Origin: Vampirovibrionaceae bacterium NZW_1234
GTDB taxonomy: Bacteria > Cyanobacteriota > Vampirovibrionia > Vampirovibrionales > JAGQHJ01
NCBI GenBank assembly: GCA_041697335.1
Contig: JBGUGD010000015.1
Span: 32,001 to 96,000, forward strand
Direction of reading: 5' to 3'
DNA: 64,000 nt
Of the stretch, positions 28,836-37,957 are shown one piece after another; within the stretch, counting starts at the first letter, position 1, and every line of letters begins with the position of its first letter. A program made the position numbers and the translations under genes. Below the pieces are notes generated by a model. That model was not told where the DNA came from. It did no database searches and was given only the letters and a program-made list of their open reading frames with translations.

Positions 28836-29978
28836 TTACAGATTCTCCGGACGTTCTTTTAACACGACAGTCACATGTATAAAATTATTATTGCGCAATA
28901 TCTTGAGATTGATCGCTTCTCCAGGATTTTTGGATTCAATATAGCTGATGAACTCATCGGCAGAGGTGATAGGTTTCTTATCGACCGCCACGATAATATC
29001 CCCTCCAAGGTTGATTTCTTGCCCGCCAGCAATGACTTTTTGTTTACCCGGTTGTATACCCGCCTGAGCAGCCGGGCTATCCTCATAAACCTCGCCAACC
29101 ATAATGCCATGTTCAATAGGCAGGTTCAAAACCTTGGCGACACGAGGGGTCACCTCCAAACTCATGGTGGTACCCAGGTAAGAACGAATCACTTTTCCAT
29201 ACCGAATCAAATCACTGGCGACCTTTTTAGCTCGGTTCGAGGGCACGGCAAAACCAATACCCGCATAAGACCCAGTGGGGCTAAAAATAGCAGTATTGAT
29301 GCCAACCAGGTTACCACCGGAATCTAATAGCGGCCCACCGGAATTGCCTGGATTAATGGCAGCGTCAGTTTGAACAATATTTTCAATGAGGCGACCATTG
29401 GGGGCTCTAAGCGTTCTGTTCAAGCTACTGATGATACCACGGGTGAGGGTACTGGATAAGCCAAATGGATTGCCAATGGCAAAGACACTTTGGCCTACTT
29501 CTAACTTGGCAGAATCGCCCAAGGGAATCACAGGCAATGGCTCATTTGGATCAATCTTCAATAACGCCAAGTCGCTACTGGGATCCACGCCTACCAACGT
29601 TGCTTTATAGGTCTTCTGGTTGATTAACGTTACCTCTAGCATCCGAGCATTCTCGATGACATGGCTATTGGTGAGAATATAGCCATCCTTTGTCAAAACA
29701 ATCCCAGAGCCACTCCCTTGGGAGGGCACAGGATTGTGAAAATAGTCGTATTTCAATGTTGTGCTAGTAATATTGACAACTGCAGCCCGTGCAGCGTGAT
29801 AAATTTTGATGGTGCGCTTTTCCTCTTCTGTCAATTCAGTCGGATTGGCTTCGGCCAAGATATCAACCTGGCCATTAAAGACTTTCTGGGGCTGCACAAA
29901 GCGATGATAGACCCAGAAGCTACTCCAGAGCAAAATGACGGTAAGAACGGCAGTAAATAGGGGACGCAGAACTTTCAT
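28836..29978 (-). CDS. HtrA/DegP-family serine protease with PDZ domain
   Basis: TNSHV, DLA, AAINPGNSGGPL; N-terminal TM. Confidence 0.95.
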   Translation of the reverse strand: MKVLRPLFTAVLTVILLWSSFWVYHRFVQPQKVFNGQVDILAEANPTELTEEEKRTIKIYHAARAAVVNITSTTLKYDYFHNPVPSQGSGSGIVLTKDGYILTNSHVIENARMLEVTLINQKTYKATLVGVDPSSDLALLKIDPNEPLPVIPLGDSAKLEVGQSVFAIGNPFGLSSTLTRGIISSLNRTLRAPNGRLIENIVQTDAAINPGNSGGPLLDSGGNLVGINTAIFSPTGSYAGIGFAVPSNRAKKVASDLIRYGKVIRSYLGTTMSLEVTPRVAKVLNLPIEHGIMVGEVYEDSPAAQAGIQPGKQKVIAGGQEINLGGDIIVAVDKKPITSADEFISYIESKNPGEAINLKILRNNNFIHVTVVLKERPENL

Positions 29979-30060
29979 GAAAATCGATTCTGTTGCATGA
30001 TTACTTTTATTCTACTCGTTTCTGTCAAACGTGAGCAATGAGGATTCAAGAAACAGCCCC

Positions 30061-30939
30061 ATGCTGCAAAAAATTCAACACTATGCCGATCTGGTCAAAT
30101 TTGAACACACTGTATTTGCCTTGCCTTTTGCCTTATCTGCAGTTCTGTTGGCATCAGGCCCTCAGTGGCCCTCTTTAAACGTGGTTTTGTGGGTTGTTCT
30201 TGCCATGGTGGGTGGGCGCACCTTTGCCATGGGTATGAACCGTATCATTGATATTAATATTGACGGTAAAAACCCCCGCACTCAAAACAGGGCTCTTCCT
30301 GCCGGGCGGGTCAAAATAGCAGAAGCCTGGGGTCTTAGTATTTTAGCATTGATATTAATGGTGGTGGCCACATTCCAGCTTCCCGTGATTTGCCGCCAAT
30401 TACTTCCAATCGCTTTAGCCATCCTGATTTTATACTCCTATGTTAAGCGTTTTTCCAATATGGCTCACCTCGTCCTTGGACTTGCCTTAGGATCTTCAGC
30501 CATTGGTGGGTGGATTGCGGTTACCGGTGAACTGTCTTGGACTGCCCTCCTGTTTGGCCTCGGCGTTTTATTTTGGGTCGCCGGATTTGACATTATTTAT
30601 GCCTGCCAAGATGTCGATTTTGACAGGTCCTATGGACTTTTCAGCATTCCCGCCTCCTGGAGCATTAAAACTGGTCTTCGCATCAGCCGCGTATTTCATG
30701 TGTTCACGGTCTTGTGCCTGATCGCTGTCGGCCTGCTACATCCTTATATCAGCGGAATTTACTGGGGAGCTGTTGGCCTCGTGGCCTTTATGCTGTATTA
30801 CGAACACACATTAGTGTCCGATAAAGATTTATCACGTGTGGATGAGGCCTTTTTTATGGTCAACGGTCAAATCAGTCTGGGCGTGATGGGGCTGATTTTT
30901 GCAGACAAAGTCGCTCTGGTGCAACACCTGCTAAACTAG
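30061..30939 (+). CDS. UbiA-family prenyltransferase (MqnP-like)
   Basis: KFEHTVFALPFA, NRIID..ID..NPRT..R, FDIIYACQD. Confidence 0.9.
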   Translation: MLQKIQHYADLVKFEHTVFALPFALSAVLLASGPQWPSLNVVLWVVLAMVGGRTFAMGMNRIIDINIDGKNPRTQNRALPAGRVKIAEAWGLSILALILMVVATFQLPVICRQLLPIALAILILYSYVKRFSNMAHLVLGLALGSSAIGGWIAVTGELSWTALLFGLGVLFWVAGFDIIYACQDVDFDRSYGLFSIPASWSIKTGLRISRVFHVFTVLCLIAVGLLHPYISGIYWGAVGLVAFMLYYEHTLVSDKDLSRVDEAFFMVNGQISLGVMGLIFADKVALVQHLLN

Positions 30940-30984
30940 TAGATAGAACGACAAGCACTGTAGCGGCAACTGTGTTGGGGCGTC

Positions 30985-31800
30985 TTGAAACCGGTGTCAA
31001 ATACACAACTATTTCCCATTACCCGATATTTGCTAAGCCAGGTGTCTCACGGCACCACGGATTTCTTGTATCGTCTGGGCCTTGCTACCCAGAATACGCT
31101 ACAAACCGCGTATTTCATTTTAAAAGGCAGGCTTTCAAAAAACCTGTTCGCTCAACAGGCAGCCTTTATTGGCGTTGACGCTCTGGGCATTTCATTGATT
31201 TTGACACTATTCTCCGGTATGGTGATTGCCCTTCAAGTGGCACAAGAATTGACTAAGCAAGGGGCTGGCAATTTTGTGGGTGCATTGGTGGCCATCGCCA
31301 TTCTTCGCGAGCTGGCTCCCATTATGACGGGCTTCTCGGTCATTGCCATGGTTGGCTCAGCCTATTCTGCCGAATTGGCAACTATGCAGATTCAAAAACA
31401 AATTGATGCCTTACGCATGCTGCGGGTCGATCCGGTTCGCTACCTGGTGGTGCCTCGCTTATGTGCTGCCGTTGCCATGCTTCCCTTGATGACCATATTA
31501 ACCGCCATGGCTGGCATTGTAGGCGGTATGGTTGTCAGCTATGTGGTTGCGGACTTGAATTACAACAACTATATGGAATCGGTTTGGCGCCAAGTAGAAA
31601 CCCGGGACATTCTGGGCGCCATGTTCAAAGCCTCGGTTTTTGGTGCTTTAATCGTCACCTTTTCCACCACTATTGGATTGAATACGAAGGGTGGTGCTAA
31701 AGAAGTGGGAGAATCAACCACCCGGGCTGTGGTTTGGTCTTTTATCGCTATGGCCATTGCTGACTACGTATTGTCATTTCTACTTTTCCAGGAGAACTAG
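30985..31800 (+). CDS. mlaE: MlaE-family ABC permease
   Basis: RELAP, AELATM...QIDAL, YLVVPR, VG.STT.AVV. Confidence 0.9.
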   Translation: MKPVSNTQLFPITRYLLSQVSHGTTDFLYRLGLATQNTLQTAYFILKGRLSKNLFAQQAAFIGVDALGISLILTLFSGMVIALQVAQELTKQGAGNFVGALVAIAILRELAPIMTGFSVIAMVGSAYSAELATMQIQKQIDALRMLRVDPVRYLVVPRLCAAVAMLPLMTILTAMAGIVGGMVVSYVVADLNYNNYMESVWRQVETRDILGAMFKASVFGALIVTFSTTIGLNTKGGAKEVGESTTRAVVWSFIAMAIADYVLSFLLFQEN

Positions 31801-31803
31801 CTA

Positions 31804-32553
31804 ATGCCGGACACCCCGATGATTCATTTGGAAAACGTAAGCAAAGCCTTCGGTGGCCGTCCTGTTTTGGAGGATATTAGCCTAGATGTGGCTTCTCAAG
31901 AAATTTTGGCCATTATCGGGCCCAGTGGTTGCGGAAAAAGTACCTTATTACGCGTCATCAGCGGTCTGGATAAGCCTGACGCAGGGGTGGTCGAGCTGGG
32001 CGATGATAACCTGACGATGGTTTTTCAGTACTCCGCCCTCTTCGATTCTCTAACTATCTTTGAAAACGTTGCTTTTTCCCTGTTGGAAAAACCGGATTTA
32101 GGCACAAGCCAAAAGGCTCGCCCCAAATACACCGAGCAACAGCTTCGGGAATTGGTTCACCAAAAGCTGTTAATGGTCGGCCTGGACGACATCCAGGATC
32201 TCTACCCGAACCAGCTCTCGGGCGGGATGCAAAAGCGGGTCAGCTTCGCCCGAGCCATTATGAGTGATCCTCGAATTATTCTGTACGATGAACCAACGGC
32301 GGGGTTGGATCCCATTGCTTCAACCGTGATCGAAGACTATATCCAAACCCTCCGCAATGAAATTGGATGTACCAGTGTGGTGGTCACTCACAACCTCACT
32401 ACGATTCGGCGAATCGCCCATCGAGTTTGCTTACTTTTTGGCGGCAAAATCCAGTGGCTCGGCCCAGCCCAAGAGTTCTTTACTACGGATAACCCCTATG
32501 CTCGCCAATTTGCCCACGCTTCTCTTGAAGGGCCCATGACGCATATAGAGTGA
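31804..32553 (+). CDS. mlaF: MlaF-family ABC ATPase
   Basis: GPSGCGKS, LSGGMQKRV, YDEPTAGLDP. Confidence 0.9.
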   Translation: MPDTPMIHLENVSKAFGGRPVLEDISLDVASQEILAIIGPSGCGKSTLLRVISGLDKPDAGVVELGDDNLTMVFQYSALFDSLTIFENVAFSLLEKPDLGTSQKARPKYTEQQLRELVHQKLLMVGLDDIQDLYPNQLSGGMQKRVSFARAIMSDPRIILYDEPTAGLDPIASTVIEDYIQTLRNEIGCTSVVVTHNLTTIRRIAHRVCLLFGGKIQWLGPAQEFFTTDNPYARQFAHASLEGPMTHIE

Positions 32554-32883
32554 GGGCAGTTCCACTGACATTTACCTAAAACCCTTTTTCAGTAAAGTTT
32601 TACAACACACCAACTCAAGACTACACGCTCTGACGGTTGAGATCACCCCTCCAAAGCGAGCAAATTCACCCTATATTGAATGTAAAGCCAGAGAGGCAAT
32701 TTTCTATCTTGAGAAACTCTATAGCACCAGACCCCTTTCTTATTTAAAAATGGTCCACCTGGCACCTCTTACTCTAAGCAACACTGCCCTGTACTCCACA
32801 GGCAGAGTCCTGGAGTTGATTTTAGCCATAAACTTGATTGAAGTGACCCAACACACTTTTTGGGATACGAGAGAGTCATTCCC

Positions 32884-32921
32884 CCCTTCAATCCCCTCAC
32901 TTGGGTTGAAGGGTTCTTTTT
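32884..32921 (+). terminator. Intrinsic terminator (possible end of an sRNA)
   Basis: CCCTTCAATCCC-loop-GGGTTGAAGGG followed by TTCTTTTT. Confidence 0.7.
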
Positions 32922-32955
32922 ACGGTTGATGCTATTTTACAAACTTACTCAACCC

Positions 32956-33429
32956 TTAGTGGTCCTGGGGGAAAATCTCCTTCAAAAAGGGAATATTGGC
33001 ACCTGTCCGCTTTAAGCCCAATAAAAACCCAGCCAAAAGCAAGCGTTTGGGATCGCTGCTAATGACGGTTTCCGTTTTGGAGCCAGCCGTCCAGCCTGGA
33101 TAACTGACAGCATCTGCCTTCAAATCTGCGGCAAGATAAAAGGTATCCACAGAAGCCGGCCCTTCCATTGGATCGTAATAAGGGGCAATATGCACATCCA
33201 CACCCAGTTTATCTAAAACCCGGTCCATGCCATTAATAATGGGATCTTTCTGAATATCACGAACCATTGAGGCTTTCATGCGTTTTAAGGTCCAGCGATC
33301 CCACCATCCCATACCAGGAACTCCCTCTTCCCAACTCTTGCTTCGATTCAGAGAAAATCCTTGAAAACGCATTTTTGAGCTGGGAACACCCATTTCACGA
33401 ACGGGCTTAAGTCCTTGAATTCCTTGCAT
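32956..33429 (-). CDS. Hypothetical protein with RFQG-type leader
   Basis: 157 aa; AAGGAG RBS. Confidence 0.7.
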   Translation of the reverse strand: MQGIQGLKPVREMGVPSSKMRFQGFSLNRSKSWEEGVPGMGWWDRWTLKRMKASMVRDIQKDPIINGMDRVLDKLGVDVHIAPYYDPMEGPASVDTFYLAADLKADAVSYPGWTAGSKTETVISSDPKRLLLAGFLLGLKRTGANIPFLKEIFPQDH

Positions 33430-33670
33430 CCTGAAATCTCCTTTTAAATGTCCGATATTTCCCTGAATATCCCTTTCACCAGCCGCAGCGCGACGAGCAT
33501 TGGGCCAGTATAAAGGGTTTTACTAACGGATTCAACAAAATACCCCGAGACACCATGCACAAATAATCCTTAACTCTCTGCCTGGCGCCAAACTCTCAGC
33601 GGCATACTACGCCATAATGACCGGAGCGACAAGGCAATCTCTGCCACATACCAAGTGCAAGGATCAGCTC

Positions 33671-33700
33671 AAAAAATGAAGCAGACCCAAAGGGTCTGCT
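33671..33700 (-). terminator. Intrinsic terminator
   Basis: AGCAGACCC-AAA-GGGTCTGCT with a nearby U-tract on the minus strand. Confidence 0.6.
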
Positions 33701-33744
33701 GCGATTCTACTTCCACTCAAACTGTTAGAATCAAAAAAAGAAAA

Positions 33745-33951
33745 CTATAATCCCAGACCGACTTTACGAGACGGGGCCGGGGTCACATCTTCGATAGTTT
33801 CGAAGACTTTTTTGAACAAATCGCACACTTGGTCTGCGTTCATATCAAACTTTTGGTTTTCACCTTCTTTGACGGTAGCACTTTTAATATACGCCACCAC
33901 AATCTCCTTGGCAGCATTCAACTTGGCTTCGCGGCTAATTCGATCTTCCAT
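33745..33951 (-). CDS. Small hypothetical protein
   Basis: 68 aa; GAGG RBS; own terminator. Confidence 0.7.
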   Translation of the reverse strand: MEDRISREAKLNAAKEIVVAYIKSATVKEGENQKFDMNADQVCDLFKKVFETIEDVTPAPSRKVGLGL

Positions 33952-34156
33952 CGCGGGTGAAGTCCTCTCTCAAACATCATGATTGATTAGGCCCCTATTG
34001 TATCACTTTCTTTCGAGAAGCCCAAGATCCAAATACCGCCCTTTTGCCTGTAAAATCCAAACCCAACTGCAACCTGAAACCCACGCCTCTTGGCCTTCTA
34101 ATTGTGTTACCCTAAAGTGATTATCAATATAGGCTTGTCTCTGAAAATTCCTACGC

Positions 34157-35122
34157 ATGATGCAGTATCGACCCTTTGGACAAACCGGCTTAAGTGTTTC
34201 CACTTTGGGACTAACCCTTGCCCCAACACCCTTCAGCCTGCTCTCGGGAACCTCCGCCCAATCTTCCTTACAGAGTATAGACATTGAGCCTAATTTAAGC
34301 CCAGAGCCCTTGTGGCGAGCCCTCATTGAAGGAGTCACTCTAGTCTCAGTATCACGTCAGAGTCCTGAAAGTGAACGTCTATTGGGGCAGGTTCTTCGAA
34401 AACATCAACGAGACGTAGTGGTGGTTAGCCAAAGCGCTTTACTGGACAGTGCTATGACCACTGAAGAGCTTCGAAAAACGCTTAAAAATTCTTTGGAGCT
34501 TTCTCGCAGAACTATGGACCGAGAAACGATTGAAGTCTGGGAGCTGCCACTACTCACAGTCCCTTTACTTCAGCAAGAGTGTATTGCTGACTTCCTGTAC
34601 TATGCGCGCCATCAGGAATGGATCCGCTTTTTTGCCATTCAGCCTGTTGATGAGAAGGCTCTGGAATTCGGTTTGCAGCAACCCCATTGGGACGTTATCA
34701 GCACACACTGGGCATGGTTTGGCCCCCAAGCTGAGGAATGGGTAGAGCTAGCAACACGGCGCCCGGTAGCTGTCACTCAAGCGTTATACTCATTGGATGA
34801 GCTTCTATCATCAAGCGCTTCTGCCTCAAGTAGGCTACAAAACCTGGCAAAGCGACTAAGTCGCTCCCAAGCTTTGTGGCAAACGAAGACTCTCAGCACA
34901 TCTGAATCGACCATAATTTTTACGCTAGCGCACCCACTCATTCAGGCGGGCTGGTTTGCCCCATACCAAGTCATTCCCTGGTTTACGCGCCATAAATTTC
35001 TGGATTTACCCCAATGGTCTCAAGCCCAGTGGCTTGAAGCACTTAAGGCATTAGAGCAAAACCAACCGGATCAGTTACAGGCAGTGTCCTCTTTGTTACA
35101 CTACCAGGAAACCGTGTCCTGA
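34157..35122 (+). CDS. Degenerate aldo/keto reductase-fold protein
   Basis: MQYRPFGQTGLSVSTLGL, SERLLG, SLELS..; catalytic D/Y/K/H apparently absent. Confidence 0.7.
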   Translation: MMQYRPFGQTGLSVSTLGLTLAPTPFSLLSGTSAQSSLQSIDIEPNLSPEPLWRALIEGVTLVSVSRQSPESERLLGQVLRKHQRDVVVVSQSALLDSAMTTEELRKTLKNSLELSRRTMDRETIEVWELPLLTVPLLQQECIADFLYYARHQEWIRFFAIQPVDEKALEFGLQQPHWDVISTHWAWFGPQAEEWVELATRRPVAVTQALYSLDELLSSSASASSRLQNLAKRLSRSQALWQTKTLSTSESTIIFTLAHPLIQAGWFAPYQVIPWFTRHKFLDLPQWSQAQWLEALKALEQNQPDQLQAVSSLLHYQETVS

Positions 35123-35200
35123 ATATTCTTAGCAACAAGATCCCTTGAGCCGTTTTATACCCGTATTGTCCCCCTCGATACAAAAGGAATTGCCTTTTTC

Positions 35201-36586
35201 ATGAAAATTCATTCCCCAATGGCGATGTCACCGCACTCAACCTATCGCAACCAATTCAAGGGTATCATCACTCCACAGCAGATAACCATGGCCTCAATCC
35301 GGTTTGAAGGGGAAAAACAACGTCATAACGAAGCATCGGGTCAATCTGATGGAAAAGGGCTCTTCGGCACCCTATGGCACTGGACGCGCTCGGCCTTATC
35401 AGGTGTTTTCTCGCTTCTGACAGCTCCTTTTCGCTGGCTGGGAAAACTTTTTAATTGGGGGAATAAGACTAAAACAGATCATTCAAGCGAATCCAAGGAT
35501 CCTACAGAAGTTGGGAACATCCTACGTCGGGGTCGAACCAAGCGAAACAATGGAAGCCAGGGAAAAACAGCCGCAGATCGCCCTGACTCTCCTGCAAGTC
35601 TCAATCACCCCACTAGCACGTTCGCAGAGCCTCAAGACGATAGTACAAGTACGACCACAACCGTACCCAAAAAGAAATTCCGCCCATCTCATACTGAGGC
35701 CCCTTCAGTAAAGATCAAACCCCACAGTATAAAGTCAGACTCTTCAACCACACTTATTCATACCGGATTGGCTCTTAGCCCTCATCAAACGGTTACCATT
35801 AATGATAAAATGGTCCATTTTTCATTACCAGAGCTCGAAAAGGTTTTTAATATCCTTGCCTTCGAGGATAACAATGATTTCACCCCGACAGAAGCTCATC
35901 AAGCCGCAGTCCTTACTCTGAAACTCCTGGAAATTGTCAGCCAGGGGCAGCAAACCAAACGTTTCCGCTCTGGCGAACAGGTCCTCAATACCGGCCTGAC
36001 CTTTGAAACTCTGAAAACCCAATTGGGCTCGCTGGCAACTGTTTCAGCAGAGAATATCCCCCGTCAAAGACGGTTTATGCACTGGCTGGTCAAGGATGTC
36101 ATCCGCCCCAACCAGGAAACTCTGGATGATCTTGCACAGACACTGGACTTGCAAAGCCAACAGCTTAATGCCCCTAAAGATAAACGGGCAGATGCCACAA
36201 TCTGTGTTCAAGGACCCTCCGAAAGTCGTCAAATTTTGTTCTTCAAGGCCCCACATCTGGCTAAGGTTTTCCAGACAGTTGCTGGTGTCCGTAAAGACTC
36301 TGCCCTGTTTAAGACATCTTTCACCCAGGACCAGATCCATCAGGCCGTTGCAACCACGTTAAAATTCTTACAGCAGACCAATGGAAAGCTCCTAGAACGT
36401 TCTCTAGCAAACTTGTTTGAGGTAGATCCGATTTCAGAGGATCAGCTTCTTAAACCGCTGGGCTTTCGTTCGGAGAGCTTGTTCCAGATGCTGACCAATC
36501 TTAAACGGGATCCCAGCTCTGCCGAGTTTAATCCAGATGCCGCCCGCTGGTTTCTCCAATCCATGCTGGATTTAACCAGCTCGTAA
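35201..36586 (+). CDS. Orphan protein with RFEG leader, amphipathic helix and internal repeat
   Basis: 461-aa ORF; see findings. Confidence 0.75.
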   Translation: MKIHSPMAMSPHSTYRNQFKGIITPQQITMASIRFEGEKQRHNEASGQSDGKGLFGTLWHWTRSALSGVFSLLTAPFRWLGKLFNWGNKTKTDHSSESKDPTEVGNILRRGRTKRNNGSQGKTAADRPDSPASLNHPTSTFAEPQDDSTSTTTTVPKKKFRPSHTEAPSVKIKPHSIKSDSSTTLIHTGLALSPHQTVTINDKMVHFSLPELEKVFNILAFEDNNDFTPTEAHQAAVLTLKLLEIVSQGQQTKRFRSGEQVLNTGLTFETLKTQLGSLATVSAENIPRQRRFMHWLVKDVIRPNQETLDDLAQTLDLQSQQLNAPKDKRADATICVQGPSESRQILFFKAPHLAKVFQTVAGVRKDSALFKTSFTQDQIHQAVATTLKFLQQTNGKLLERSLANLFEVDPISEDQLLKPLGFRSESLFQMLTNLKRDPSSAEFNPDAARWFLQSMLDLTSS

Positions 36587-36661
36587 ACACCATCGCACTA
36601 AAGGCCAACGCCCTCTTGCAAGCAAGAAGGCGCTGATACTAGTTTGAATTTTACGAATGAC

Positions 36662-37735
36662 TTAGCGGAATTGAACCGGACCACGGCGTTCACCGGTCAT
36701 ATGAATCGTGTCCACAAACCGAATCATCCCGGATTTGTAGGCCATAACGATACTGTGTGTGCGAATCCCAGTTCCGAAGTATCGCACCCCAGCCAGAGTG
36801 TCACCCGTAGTAATACCTGTTGCGGCAAAAACGATTTCATCTCCGGGCACCAAGTCCTCAGTGGTATAAACACGCTCTTCACTGGGATCCAAGCCCATCC
36901 GCTCACCGCGCTCACGCTCTTCAACACTACGCCATTTAAGCTGAGCCTGGATTTCACCACCTAGACACTTGATGGCGGCAGCGGCCAAAACCCCTTCCGG
37001 AGCACCACCAATTCCCATGACAGCGTGGATACCTGATCCGCTGAGGGCAGCCGTAATAGCCGGCATCACATCACCATCGGTAATAAGCTTAATGCGGGCC
37101 CCGCATTCACGAACCTCTCGAATCAATTCTTCGTGTCGAGGGCGATCCAGGATAACCACGGTGATATCTTCAATGTTCCGCTCAAGACTCATCGCGATAA
37201 TGCTCAAGTTGTATTTCACCGGCGCATTGATATCCACCTTGCCTTTAGCCGAGGGCCCCACAATGAGCTTACGCATGTATGTGTCCGGGGCGTGAAACAA
37301 GCCTCCTTTTGCAGACAGGGCCAAAGTTGCTATAGCGTTTGGCAACCCGTTGGCCACCAGATTGGTACCCTCAACGGGATCAACGGCAATGTCCATCTCA
37401 GGCATTTCAGCAGAGCCTCGGCCGACTTTCTCGCCAATGTAAAGCATCGGGGCTTCATCCCGCTCGCCTTCGCCAATGACGATGGTGCCATTCATCGGGA
37501 TTTTGCCCAAGTGCTCACGCATTGACTCGGTCGCGGCATTATCCACAGCATGACGATCACCCATCCCCATGTGTCTGGCAGCCTCAATGGCCGCGGCCTC
37601 CACAACCCCGAGAATCTCCCGGGATAAAAAACGTTCGGCTGAAACACCGTCTGGCATCATTGTTGGCATTGGCAAATCCCGCTCTAATAATTCAATCATA
37701 CACATATACCCCTCTATTTTAAGTGACATCCCCAC
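36662..37735 (-). CDS. glpX: Class II fructose-1,6-bisphosphatase GlpX (true start probably 37705 or 37669)
   Basis: [39 protein letters not shown]. Confidence 0.95.
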   Translation of the reverse strand: MGMSLKIEGYMCMIELLERDLPMPTMMPDGVSAERFLSREILGVVEAAAIEAARHMGMGDRHAVDNAATESMREHLGKIPMNGTIVIGEGERDEAPMLYIGEKVGRGSAEMPEMDIAVDPVEGTNLVANGLPNAIATLALSAKGGLFHAPDTYMRKLIVGPSAKGKVDINAPVKYNLSIIAMSLERNIEDITVVILDRPRHEELIREVRECGARIKLITDGDVMPAITAALSGSGIHAVMGIGGAPEGVLAAAAIKCLGGEIQAQLKWRSVEERERGERMGLDPSEERVYTTEDLVPGDEIVFAATGITTGDTLAGVRYFGTGIRTHSIVMAYKSGMIRFVDTIHMTGERRGPVQFR

Positions 37736-37772
37736 TCTACGGCGTCAAATATTTTTTGCAATGATTAGAAAC

Positions 37773-37814
37773 AAAAACACCCAACCTGACGATACGTACA
37801 AAGGTTGGGTGTTT
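37773..37814 (-). terminator. Intrinsic terminator
   Basis: AAACACCCAACCT...AGGTTGGGTGTTT 13-bp stem. Confidence 0.7.
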
Positions 37815-37957
37815 GATTGGTCCACACACACAACCTGTTTATACCGCAACCTCGTCTGGGACCGGAGGACCAGGAGCGGTTCACCTGTTTCTATAAGAAA
37901 CAAGTGCAATTCGGATTCCATTATCTTCTATTATGTCGGTTTGTGTGGGTCTAAAGT

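Noticed and set aside
32661..32671. Third copy of GGGTGAATTTG (reverse strand) matching the 821/963 repeat
   Set aside because: An isolated 11-mer without the surrounding element; may be chance
37539..37547. DnaA box TTATCCACA
   Set aside because: Single copy inside glpX with no cluster, so not oriC
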